Virus record (IMG/VR): IMGVR_UViG_3300020165_000007
Span: 206,384 to 270,383 of that record
Length of the DNA stretch: 64,000 nucleotides
Direction: 5' to 3' (one strand)
Shown here: one piece after another, positions 18,027 to 27,474 of the stretch
How the letters are laid out: each line of letters opens with the position of its first letter
Position numbering within the stretch: the first letter of the stretch is position 1
Program-made: the position numbers and the translations under genes
The notes under the pieces: generated by a model
What the model was told of the DNA's origin: nothing
Database searches by the model: none
Seen by the model: the letters and a program-made list of their open reading frames with translations, nothing else

Positions 18027-18857
18027 ATGGAGACAATTTTTTTTGGGGAGAATTTAGGGAATTTATTTTTAAATGAAATAATAAAGGAGTACGATAATAT
18101 TGACACTTCTCATAAAACCAATTTAGAGTTAATTGATGTTACTCAATTTATTATATTAAAAGGTAAAACTTCAATATCTAACCCTATAAATTATTCTAAA
18201 TTATTTAGAAATTATATGGAAAGTAAGATAGGTGTTGAGAATAACTATAGTATTATAGACTTAATTGAGTACGGGTCTTCAATTAATTACAAAGATGTAA
18301 TAGTAAAAAGTGTTTTCGATAGTAATTCGTTATACCCTAATCGTCTTTTTTTAGATTCACATCAACAAGGAGAGTATGTGATTGACGACATTCAAAATAT
18401 AATATACACTACAAGTGAGTCGTTATATTCTAAAATATTATTAGAAGGTGATTATTCTCAATATATAAATAAGAGGTTAAAAAACAATAAGTCATTTATT
18501 TGTGATAAATTTTATGGAATGAGCTTATCCCCACTCAAAATATATGAAACATATTTAAAATATATTTCACATAATCTTTTTGAAAAACAACTGTGTAAAG
18601 ACATATCTTATAATCTATACTACGAAGGTGATATAAATAAATTAAATTGGGAGACCATGTCTTTTGTAATTGATAGTAATTCTTTAGTTGTTAATAAAGA
18701 ATGGGTGAAGTCATTAATATTGGACTTATTTGACTTTAACATTAATCATGTGAAAAAACATTTATCTTTGGATAAATATGACTTTGAGAATGACATTACT
18801 GGTGTATCTCCTTGTTGGAAGGTTAGAGATAGAACTTCAGAAATGGTTCTACTATAA
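18027..18857 (+). CDS. Degenerate MetK (SAM synthetase)-fold protein
   Basis: N- and C-terminal segments align by eye with MetK, but GHPDK, GAGDQG and GGGAFSGKD are absent. Confidence 0.5.
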   Translation: METIFFGENLGNLFLNEIIKEYDNIDTSHKTNLELIDVTQFIILKGKTSISNPINYSKLFRNYMESKIGVENNYSIIDLIEYGSSINYKDVIVKSVFDSNSLYPNRLFLDSHQQGEYVIDDIQNIIYTTSESLYSKILLEGDYSQYINKRLKNNKSFICDKFYGMSLSPLKIYETYLKYISHNLFEKQLCKDISYNLYYEGDINKLNWETMSFVIDSNSLVVNKEWVKSLILDLFDFNINHVKKHLSLDKYDFENDITGVSPCWKVRDRTSEMVLL

Positions 18858-19133
18858 TAGGAATTCTTTGACCTTGTGAATTGCTTCATTTAAGTCTTTG
18901 AACGATAGGTCTGGAGCTAACAATTGTATATCAGGTTTTTCCCCTTCTTTAATCTCTACTAATGTTAGAGCGGGTAGATATTCATTTTTAGTTACATCAA
19001 CAAATTGTTTATATTCTTTTTCATGTTCATCGACATTTCTTTCAATATACTCTAAATTTTCTTCTTTAAACATTTTTTTTAAAGAATAACAGTGAGGACA
19101 CCCTTCCATACTATATAAGATTACTGTTTTCAT
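18852..19133 (-). CDS. Glutaredoxin-like protein
   Basis: LYSMEGCPHC..LP thioredoxin-fold motif. Confidence 0.88.
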   Translation of the reverse strand: MKTVILYSMEGCPHCYSLKKMFKEENLEYIERNVDEHEKEYKQFVDVTKNEYLPALTLVEIKEGEKPDIQLLAPDLSFKDLNEAIHKVKEFLL

Positions 19134-19450
19134 TATAATACGTTTTTAACCATTTCTAATATTTGATTTTCACTAACTAAACCAACTTTATTACCCACAT
19201 TTTCTCCTCCACTAAAAATTTTAATATAGGGAATAGAACGTACCCCTAGTTGAGTAGCCATTTGTTGGTCTTCTTCAATGTTAAATTTATAAACTTTCAT
19301 TTCACTTCCTTCTTCCTCCAATTTTTTAGCAACACTTTCGATAATCGGACTTAACATTCTGCAAGGTCCGCACCAATCCGCGTACAAATCTACTATAAAT
19401 TTTTCACCTGAATTTATTTTTTCTTGCAATTCCTGTGCATTTATTTTCAT
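19133..19450 (-). CDS. trxA: Thioredoxin
   Basis: YADWCGPC, GVRSIP. Confidence 0.95.
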   Translation of the reverse strand: MKINAQELQEKINSGEKFIVDLYADWCGPCRMLSPIIESVAKKLEEEGSEMKVYKFNIEEDQQMATQLGVRSIPYIKIFSGGENVGNKVGLVSENQILEMVKNVL

Positions 19451-19797
19451 ATTGTTTTATATTTTTTAAGTTGATTTAAGTAGAAGATTATACTATCAGA
19501 AGAATCTTCATTACATAAGTAATAAAATTTATATGTATTTTCATATTCATTTTTAGTAAAGTATAATAATGTTTTAGTATCTAAAAACTGTATTAATCCT
19601 TTATTGTAAATAGTGACTTGACCATCAAAATATTTTTTTGACCATATAATTTTATTTTTTTTTAAAGTTATTCTTAACGCGTCAATAGTATAAAAATCAG
19701 TCTCAATAATAGAAGGTAAACTTCCAATTATATTCTCAGATAAGATTGATACTTTATTTGGTATACCATAATTGTTATGTTTTTCTTTATCTTTCAT
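19447..19797 (-). CDS. Hypothetical protein
   Basis: 116-aa ORF abutting neighbours. Confidence 0.65.
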   Translation of the reverse strand: MKDKEKHNNYGIPNKVSILSENIIGSLPSIIETDFYTIDALRITLKKNKIIWSKKYFDGQVTIYNKGLIQFLDTKTLLYFTKNEYENTYKFYYLCNEDSSDSIIFYLNQLKKYKTI

Positions 19798-20867
19798 TAA
19801 ACTTCAAGTAATTCTTTTTCTATACTTTTTGAGTTTTTTACATAATCAATACTATCACTAATTACTTTAGTTATTTTATATGGGTCAGCGTTAGACGCAG
19901 GTCTTCTATCTTCTAGATACCCCTTCCACGTTTTACTCGTTTGTAGTGGAACTCGTATAGACGCCCCTCTATCAGAAACACCCCAACTAAATTTAGTAAT
20001 ATTCTGGGTTTCATGTAACCCTGTTAGTCTCATCTCATTACTTGAACCATAATTATTAATGTGTATATCATGTCTATCCTTGAAAGATTTAAATATATTT
20101 TGATAGTACTCTTCATCTCCGTCTTCCCTCATTTTTTTATTAGAGAAGTTACAGTGAAGTCCTGAACCGTTCCAATCACCTGTAACAGGTTTAGGATGAA
20201 ATTCGATATCATAACCGTAATCCTCAGACATCTGATGTAAAATATATCTAGTAATCCATAGGTCATCTCCAGCCTTAATTTTACCCTTACTGAATACTTG
20301 GTATTCCCACTGACCTAGCATGACCTCAGCGTTCGTTCCAGTGATGTCTATACCGGCCATTATACAGTTTTCCATATGTTTATCAACAAACTCCCTACCT
20401 GTTACTTGTCCGTTACCTACACCGCAATAGTACTTTCCTTGTGGTTCAGGAAATCCATTTTTAGGAAAACCTATAGGTTTGCCGTCTTTCATTAGAGTAT
20501 ATTCTTGTTCAAATCCAAACCATAAATCCTCATCATCTTCATTAAATAATCCCCTACTATTACTTTCGTGTAATGTACCATCAGGGTTTAAAACTTCACA
20601 TAGAACTAAATAACTTTCTAATAATCCATTATTCAGTGGATTTGGATAAAGTGTTACAGGTTTTAGTATACAATCGGAAAAATGTCCCTCAGCTTGTTCA
20701 GTGGACGACCCATCGAATGACCATTCAGGGCAATCAGTTAACCCTACACCATGAACCGTTTTACCATGAATAGTGTGTGTAGGTGGGTTGATTACTTTTA
20801 CTTTACTTCTGAGATTAGGTTCAGGATTATACCCATCTAACCATATGTATTCTAATTTAATTTTCAT
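19797..20867 (-). CDS. glnII: Glutamine synthetase type II
   Basis: EYIWLDG, WSFDGSST, FGFEQEY, NAEVMLGQWEYQ, HPKP..DWNGSGLH, RLTGLHET, SIRVP, EDRRPASNADPY. Confidence 0.93.
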   Translation of the reverse strand: MKIKLEYIWLDGYNPEPNLRSKVKVINPPTHTIHGKTVHGVGLTDCPEWSFDGSSTEQAEGHFSDCILKPVTLYPNPLNNGLLESYLVLCEVLNPDGTLHESNSRGLFNEDDEDLWFGFEQEYTLMKDGKPIGFPKNGFPEPQGKYYCGVGNGQVTGREFVDKHMENCIMAGIDITGTNAEVMLGQWEYQVFSKGKIKAGDDLWITRYILHQMSEDYGYDIEFHPKPVTGDWNGSGLHCNFSNKKMREDGDEEYYQNIFKSFKDRHDIHINNYGSSNEMRLTGLHETQNITKFSWGVSDRGASIRVPLQTSKTWKGYLEDRRPASNADPYKITKVISDSIDYVKNSKSIEKELLEV

Positions 20868-20896
20868 TTTTTATTTAATTAAAGTTTTATGTAAAT

Positions 20897-21553
20897 TTAT
20901 TTAACCGGAATTGGAGTACCAACGGGATATGGTGACCCTTCTTTCGCAGCAGTGACAGAAGTCATACCTGAATCTACAGGAATAGCAAATCTTAATGGAA
21001 TTGCCGCCTCATTTAAAGGACCATAACATTTGGATAATATTATACCATTGTCAAGTGTGTCTATTATGTCACATGGCATTGCGAACATATTACTCATACT
21101 GGTACTTGGTGAATTTGTGTCAACAATAAACTTACGATTAGTTGGTGGTAACCATTCCCATCCGTTAGTTTCAGGATTAAATTGTGGTACTGTATCACTT
21201 GATGTAAAGAACCAAAAGAATGACCATGTTGTTCCGTCTGTCCCATCAGGAGTTTGTTGATTTTCTTTTACATTAAACTCTCCCCAAGTTTCACTTTTAC
21301 CTTCCATAGCCAAGTTGGAAATTGATAGTCCGTTCATAACAGGACAAATTGCACAACCTTCGTCGAACTCAGTTCCTTGTACAGTTATTTTTTTACCTGT
21401 AGGTACAGCACCTGACGCCCCACAGAATGAGAAAGAACCTTCATGTAGTACAACCACTTCTTCAGGTTCAGGAGCGCATGTATCCACTTCCGTTTGTTGT
21501 CCACAACTTAGTAGTAAGAAGGATGACAACAATGTTAATAATGTTTTTTTCAT
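20897..21553 (-). CDS. Cys-rich lipoprotein of unknown function
   Basis: Signal peptide ending in LLLSC lipobox; several further Cys residues. Confidence 0.75.
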   Translation of the reverse strand: MKKTLLTLLSSFLLLSCGQQTEVDTCAPEPEEVVVLHEGSFSFCGASGAVPTGKKITVQGTEFDEGCAICPVMNGLSISNLAMEGKSETWGEFNVKENQQTPDGTDGTTWSFFWFFTSSDTVPQFNPETNGWEWLPPTNRKFIVDTNSPSTSMSNMFAMPCDIIDTLDNGIILSKCYGPLNEAAIPLRFAIPVDSGMTSVTAAKEGSPYPVGTPIPVK

Positions 21554-21640
21554 TGTTTATGTTTTTTAATGAGTTTATTTGATATTAATAATATCAAATT
21601 ATAAGTATTAGTATACCTAATATTTTAAATTTTTTTAAAA

Positions 21641-21672
21641 AAAAAAGGGGTTCAAAAACTGAACCCCTCTTT
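21641..21672 (-). terminator. Intrinsic terminator after the TBDR gene
   Basis: AGGGGTTCA-AAAAC-TGAACCCCT with 10-nt T run on the minus strand. Confidence 0.85.
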
Positions 21673-21698
21673 CATATATTTTATAATATTATCGTAAA

Positions 21699-24452
21699 TT
21701 AGAAGTTATATCTTAAAGATGCATTCCAAGTTCTACCAAATCCAAACCACACTGAGTTACGTGTGTCAATACCGTTCCACGTATCTGATGTTTCAGATGC
21801 GTGAATATTAGTGTTTGACTCCGCAATGTATGTAGTGTCGAATAAGTTATTTACGTTAACTCTAAACGTTGCATTGTTACCTAACAAGTCAAAACGAGTG
21901 GTAACACCCAAATCAACTAAATTGTATGACGGTAACTTCAACGCCCCTTGGTTATCGGGTGTGAAGAAGTCAGAACCTGTGATTGAGTAGTCAGCGTAAA
22001 GTCCGTCAACATATCTCATACCTAAGTCTACATTCACACCTCTAGTTACTCTGTAGTCAACACCTAAGTTTCCAACAACTTGTGCTGCGTCACCAACTTT
22101 AGCCCCTTCAGTATAAAGAACTCCTGTACCAATCTCTTCTTGATTCTCATCAAACAAGGTGGTTTCAAAATCCTTTGTATACTTCCAATCTCCCAATGAT
22201 AACATACCTGTAAGTTTTAGGTTGTTAGTAGGTCTATATGTAGACTCTAACTCGATACCATTGTGTTGAACGTCAATATCTCTAAACTGTGCAAATCCAT
22301 CGACACCTTGAGCATTAGTCAATGAAAGTGCTCTAAATCTATTACCCCATGTTGTTGCATATGCATTAACATTAACAGTAAGCTCGTCACCTAAGTATCC
22401 GTAACCTAACTCAAATGAAGTAATTTCTTCATTTTGTAAGTCGTCATTAATGTCATTACCATAACTTGGGAATACCGCTGAGAAGTTTGGTTGACGTGAG
22501 ATGAATCCCGCGTTAGCAAAAACATTAGACTTTTCATCGATATTATAGTTAGCACCACCTTTAATGTATCCACCACCTAAATTAGCCGTTTCTGAAATTG
22601 GATTACCTGGTTGGTCAAAGTAATCTTCTCTTTGGAATGATTGGTTCGATAACCCCGCTTGTACAACCGCGTTTATTCTTCCATCATCATTATATTCAAT
22701 AAGTCCGTTTACACCGGCCCATCCAACGTTTCCTACATTATAGTAGTCAATTTTTGGACCGTTAAGACCTGTGTTATTAAACGGACTAGCGTTTACAGTT
22801 GTGTTAACAAACTGACCTACACTATTATCATTACCTGTTGAGTAGTATGCGTCAAAACCCATTAGGTTATTTACTGTACGATAGTGATAACCTTTGTACT
22901 TTCTGAGGTCAATACCTACAGAAGCCCTAATCTTGTCTTTATCGTACTCTAAATTAGAGATTGCACCTACCCAGTCGTGTGAGTTCATAGACGCTCTACG
23001 AATCATCCCACTTCTATTAACACCACCTTCATCATATCCATTTGAACCGATGAGTTGTCCGAAAAAAGGACTGTCCATTAAGGTTGAGTCAGGAATTGTT
23101 CCGTCAGCATCAATACCATAAGTCTGTGCCCCTGATTGGTTATCAGCGACAATAGCGTCAAAATCAATTGTACCATCATCGTTACGAAATTGTGTTGTAC
23201 TGTCTTCATACATGAATTCATACAAATCCTTTCTATAAGGATGGACATCGTAGTTTCTACCACGAGGACCTGTTCCTCCACCTCGACCAGCAGAACCATA
23301 GACTGAAGTATTCAATGTTAAATCTTCGTTGATGTCCCAATCCCAGTTAAAGGTTGCAAGTGGTTTGTTATAAAAGTTTCTTCTCATAGAGAACTCTTCC
23401 CCATTTAAAGTACCTCCGTTTGTGTTCCAACGAGCGTTGATACCATCGTCATTCTGTTCACCAAATGTTTGAAAGTCTCTAATAGAAACCCAAACGTCTC
23501 TTTGGTGGTGCCATTGACCCGCACCTAAAATAGATAGGTTCAATGCGTGTTTTGAACCTTCAGGTTGGTAACCTACAGCTCCGAAGTATGTCCAACCTTC
23601 ACCACTGGTGTTGTCGACATATCCATTACCTGCCCATCTACTCATTAAGAACGATGACGCCCATCCATTCTCATTTTTACCGGTATTGTAGTTAACACTT
23701 GTCTTAGTGTAACCATCATTACCAATAGTTTCAGATACTGAACCACCTTGTTCTTTCTCCGCCGCTTTAGTAGAAATAGAAACGGTACCACCAACAGATG
23801 GAACCGCAAGACGAGTAGCACCCAATCCTCTCTGGATTTGAATACCTGAAGCAACGTCAGTAAGACCTTGCCAATTAGACCAATATACCCATCCATTTTC
23901 CATATCATTAACAGGTTGACCGTTAATTAGGAATGATGTGTTACGTTGGTCGAAACCTCTAAGAGATATTCTTGAGTCACCATAACCACCACCTTGTTTC
24001 GTAGCATAGACACCAGGTGTTCTATTCATGATTTCAGGGAATTCTTGGTTTCCGACTTTCAAAGCAATCTCTGACGGACCAATGGTTGATACCGCAACTG
24101 GTGTTTCTCTCACTTTCGCAAAGTCAACAACGTTAACGATTACGGATGCCTCATCCAAACCCAACGCAGTAGCGGTTAATGATATGGTACCCATATCTTT
24201 TAGTGCCGGTGTAGTTATTGTTTCATACCCGATAAAACGTACAACTAGGTTTCCTGTGGCCTCACTGTTGAGAGTGAATTCACCTGATACATTAGTTGAT
24301 GTTCCTCGTGTGTTACCTTCAAGATAGACATTCGCTCCGATGAGCTCATTACCTGTCTTAGAGTCAACAACTTTACCTGTAATTTGGGAGAATAGACTCG
24401 TAGTTGAGACCATCATTACTCCTAAGATAAACAATCGATTAATTAATTTCAT
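21699..24452 (-). CDS. TonB-dependent receptor with N-terminal carboxypeptidase-regulatory-like domain
   Basis: Signal peptide; GKVVDSKTGNELIGANV; plug TPGVY..ISLRGF..LINGQP; C-terminal NNLFD..GFGRTWNASLRYNF. Confidence 0.93.
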   Translation of the reverse strand: MKLINRLFILGVMMVSTTSLFSQITGKVVDSKTGNELIGANVYLEGNTRGTSTNVSGEFTLNSEATGNLVVRFIGYETITTPALKDMGTISLTATALGLDEASVIVNVVDFAKVRETPVAVSTIGPSEIALKVGNQEFPEIMNRTPGVYATKQGGGYGDSRISLRGFDQRNTSFLINGQPVNDMENGWVYWSNWQGLTDVASGIQIQRGLGATRLAVPSVGGTVSISTKAAEKEQGGSVSETIGNDGYTKTSVNYNTGKNENGWASSFLMSRWAGNGYVDNTSGEGWTYFGAVGYQPEGSKHALNLSILGAGQWHHQRDVWVSIRDFQTFGEQNDDGINARWNTNGGTLNGEEFSMRRNFYNKPLATFNWDWDINEDLTLNTSVYGSAGRGGGTGPRGRNYDVHPYRKDLYEFMYEDSTTQFRNDDGTIDFDAIVADNQSGAQTYGIDADGTIPDSTLMDSPFFGQLIGSNGYDEGGVNRSGMIRRASMNSHDWVGAISNLEYDKDKIRASVGIDLRKYKGYHYRTVNNLMGFDAYYSTGNDNSVGQFVNTTVNASPFNNTGLNGPKIDYYNVGNVGWAGVNGLIEYNDDGRINAVVQAGLSNQSFQREDYFDQPGNPISETANLGGGYIKGGANYNIDEKSNVFANAGFISRQPNFSAVFPSYGNDINDDLQNEEITSFELGYGYLGDELTVNVNAYATTWGNRFRALSLTNAQGVDGFAQFRDIDVQHNGIELESTYRPTNNLKLTGMLSLGDWKYTKDFETTLFDENQEEIGTGVLYTEGAKVGDAAQVVGNLGVDYRVTRGVNVDLGMRYVDGLYADYSITGSDFFTPDNQGALKLPSYNLVDLGVTTRFDLLGNNATFRVNVNNLFDTTYIAESNTNIHASETSDTWNGIDTRNSVWFGFGRTWNASLRYNF

Positions 24453-24490
24453 TAGTTTTTTTTTAAGTGTTTATTGGTTGTTTATATAAT

Positions 24491-24519
24491 AAAAAACTAC
24501 CCCCACTCTGAGGGTAGTT
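24491..24519 (-). terminator. Intrinsic terminator upstream of the TBDR gene
   Basis: AACTACCC..GGGTAGTT hairpin with T run on the minus strand. Confidence 0.75.
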
Positions 24520-24530
24520 CTAAATTCAAT

Positions 24531-25127
24531 TTATGTGGTTTTTTCGGTTTCCGTTTCCGTAAACACGAAGGGGTCACCTTCCCCATCATTAATAAATGCG
24601 TAACCTCTTTCTATAAAAGCGTCCTGTGTCATACCAACACTATCATAAAGTTCCATCATCGCATCTTCATACGCCTCTTCATTTTCCATATCATCCTCAT
24701 CAGGATATTCGAAGTCCTCATCCTCATCTGCGAATATTTGATTTTTATAAACCAATATACCACCGACTGGGTCGTATCCTTCATCTTCATATCTGTTCTC
24801 AACAGCCACATCGGGGTCTAACTCAACAAGTAAATTGTAAAGGTGCATCGTAAATTCTTTAACCGGATGCCATGCCGATGTAACTTTAATTTCGTTATCA
24901 TCTATAGTGTGTTCAAAATATGCCCATTTAGCTCCTAAATTTTCACCAGCCCATGAGTTGAATGTTCCTCCATTTTCACTTATGTGTGGGTTTTTATAAA
25001 AGATTTTTGCGAAACCTCCTGTGTCTGAGTATTCTAAAGAATCAAGTAAATCGATGTACTCATTCATCTTATTAGTTACTTTTTCATTTCCAACAACTCT
25101 AATGTTGTTACTTACGTGATTTGCCAT
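24531..25127 (-). CDS. Hypothetical protein (DUF1281/YubB ferredoxin-like family)
   Basis: MANHVSNNIRVVG..W..ENLGAKW..SAWHP pattern. Confidence 0.55.
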   Translation of the reverse strand: MANHVSNNIRVVGNEKVTNKMNEYIDLLDSLEYSDTGGFAKIFYKNPHISENGGTFNSWAGENLGAKWAYFEHTIDDNEIKVTSAWHPVKEFTMHLYNLLVELDPDVAVENRYEDEGYDPVGGILVYKNQIFADEDEDFEYPDEDDMENEEAYEDAMMELYDSVGMTQDAFIERGYAFINDGEGDPFVFTETETEKTT

Positions 25128-25204
25128 TATTTTAATTTTTTTATTTTAAACTTGTTAAAGTTAATTGAACTAAACCATAAGGAAAGTCTTAATATTAAAT
25201 AATA

Positions 25205-25336
25205 TTATCGACCTTGACCTCTATAAGATTTACGATAATTTTTAGAATTTTTATTCTTAGATGATTTTGTTTTGGAGTGAACTCCTGGTCGATTTACTTT
25301 GTTTTTACTTTCGTAACCTCCTGCAATTTTTGCCAT
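25205..25336 (-). CDS. 43-aa very basic microprotein ending YRGQGR (absent from track)
   Basis: MAKIAGGYESKNKVNRPGVHSKTKSSKNKNSKNYRKSYRGQGR; TATATTTG at 25368-25375. Confidence 0.75.
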   Translation of the reverse strand: MAKIAGGYESKNKVNRPGVHSKTKSSKNKNSKNYRKSYRGQGR

Positions 25337-25394
25337 AATTTTTTATTATTTAAAATGTTTTACTAATCAAATATACAACATTTTTTTTAATAAA

Positions 25395-27086
25395 TCAAAA
25401 AGGTAAATCGAAATCTACGAATTCATCTATATTTCCAATATTATCTTCCCATACCAAAAAATCAAAACTATTATTAAGTTTTTTATTTTTATGGAAATAT
25501 GATTTGGTTTTCATTACTTTACCATTACTAAACTCTTTAATCATTTTAGGTAAATCAAAATTATTACTATTAAACAATAATTCAATTTTATTATCTAAAA
25601 CTTCTAAAGGAACGTTCCACGTATCATCTAAATTACTATTAAATTTTCCTCTACTCTGAACTCGTTTTAAACTACTTTTTAATATTCTATATTCTACTGT
25701 TGCCCTGTCTTTATTCAATATATCATTTTTTCTTAATGATATAATTAAAGATTCAGGTTTTTCAATATAGGTCCTAACACAATTGGACTGTACTTGAGAC
25801 TCCTCATTATATTCTCCTGAACTTGTTAAAACTACAGGGTAATAATTTTCATTTGGCAGTACTTCTATCGGTATTTCTATAACCTGAAGGGTATGGTCGT
25901 TATATATTCTCTTTATTTTACCTTTCTTGTATGTTTCAACTAATTCACTTATGATATAATGTTCATCATTAAATTGAGTTATGTTAGTAAATTTCATCTT
26001 GAAGTCTTCTCCATACTTTTTTAAAGATTTTATAATATGTAGATGGTCTTTTATGATTGACCAATTCATATCTTTATTTTCGTTAATTAAATTAACTATT
26101 CTTTTTTTATCGATATTACTAAGGTCGAAGTAAGACCTTCTATTAAAATCAACGAAATTGAACCATGTGGAATACATATCCACACTATTTTTACTAAAAA
26201 AACTTTCTCTTATTTTATTAAAATAGTCTACCCCTAAATTGTGAAATACTTCGAATAAAATAAAAAAGTCAATATCTCTACCTTGGTTTAGTATCTTTCT
26301 GACTTTCTTACCCTTTAATCTATTTTTATCCATAAAAAACTGTGTTAGGTTTCCCTTTTTAATAAGTTCTCTTTTTGGGAGTTGTAGGACTCTATACTCT
26401 AATACCGAATCAGGGTAAGACACTTTGTTAACTTTTAAGTATAGTTTATACATTTCACCCTCTAAGTGGTTTGACGTATATTCCATTAAAATATTGGTTT
26501 GCTTATGTAGTTGATTAATAAATATTTTTATTGATTGTAGAGCAATTTCATCTCCTACCGTATTAAAGTTATTAGTTGTGGAAATCATATCTTTCCATTC
26601 CTTATTTTTACTTACTACATGATTAAAGTTTCTTCTTACAGCAAGTTTTATTTCTGTTAAAAATGGTAACTGAAATCCATTACATCTTACTTTTTTGGAA
26701 ATTATCTTTTTACGTTTCTTAGATATGTGTCCGTGGTAAAAATTTTTACTTTTAGTATTATAAGTAACAAAACTAATTTCTTTATTGACTTTAAAGTATT
26801 GACTACCAACCAATCTTTTAAAAATATTATGATAAAACCTAATACTGATTTTATCGCCTGATTGTACAACTTTAACCTTTATTTTAATAAGATGTAGTTG
26901 TTTAGTCTTATCAGAATAAAACTTTTTTACATCTTCGTCTTTAATTATCTCATCTTTTTCAAAAAAAAATTTTCCGTATTTTAGAGTTGATTTTTCGGAC
27001 TGTACGTAACTTATTTCACAACTATTTTTAAAATATTCTAATATGTTAATTGTCCCTTCTTTTTCATACAGTATAGTTTCACCCAT
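25395..27086 (-). CDS. PcfJ-like domain protein
   Basis: C-terminal EESQVQSNCVRTY..IISLR..ATVEY preceded by DHLH. Confidence 0.75.
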   Translation of the reverse strand: MGETILYEKEGTINILEYFKNSCEISYVQSEKSTLKYGKFFFEKDEIIKDEDVKKFYSDKTKQLHLIKIKVKVVQSGDKISIRFYHNIFKRLVGSQYFKVNKEISFVTYNTKSKNFYHGHISKKRKKIISKKVRCNGFQLPFLTEIKLAVRRNFNHVVSKNKEWKDMISTTNNFNTVGDEIALQSIKIFINQLHKQTNILMEYTSNHLEGEMYKLYLKVNKVSYPDSVLEYRVLQLPKRELIKKGNLTQFFMDKNRLKGKKVRKILNQGRDIDFFILFEVFHNLGVDYFNKIRESFFSKNSVDMYSTWFNFVDFNRRSYFDLSNIDKKRIVNLINENKDMNWSIIKDHLHIIKSLKKYGEDFKMKFTNITQFNDEHYIISELVETYKKGKIKRIYNDHTLQVIEIPIEVLPNENYYPVVLTSSGEYNEESQVQSNCVRTYIEKPESLIISLRKNDILNKDRATVEYRILKSSLKRVQSRGKFNSNLDDTWNVPLEVLDNKIELLFNSNNFDLPKMIKEFSNGKVMKTKSYFHKNKKLNNSFDFLVWEDNIGNIDEFVDFDLPF

Positions 27087-27135
27087 AGTAAGTTTAATTT
27101 ACTAAAGAATAAAATACAATATCTGAACTTTCAAC

Positions 27136-27411
27136 TCAATTTAAATATATTTTACCAAACTTACCTTCCATAGTTACTTTATATTCTTTCTTACTTTCAA
27201 CTACATTCAACTTTAAAATAACCTCTATCATTTGTTTTTGGGTAAGTTGTATGTCATTACCTTCTTTATGGTTAATTAACGCTTTCTTATATATTGCATC
27301 AAAAAAATTATCAATAGGTGAGTCACCGATTAAACTATACAATTCTTTTGGATTTTCTTTAAAGAATGTTTTAATCTGTGAAAGATATATTTGCACGTCA
27401 ACATCACTCAT
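27136..27411 (-). CDS. Hypothetical protein
   Basis: 91-aa ORF. Confidence 0.7.
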   Translation of the reverse strand: MSDVDVQIYLSQIKTFFKENPKELYSLIGDSPIDNFFDAIYKKALINHKEGNDIQLTQKQMIEVILKLNVVESKKEYKVTMEGKFGKIYLN

Positions 27412-27474
27412 TTAATTATTTTTTAAAAAACTATGTAAAATGAAAATAACCGATTTAACGGTTATTTTCAAGTA

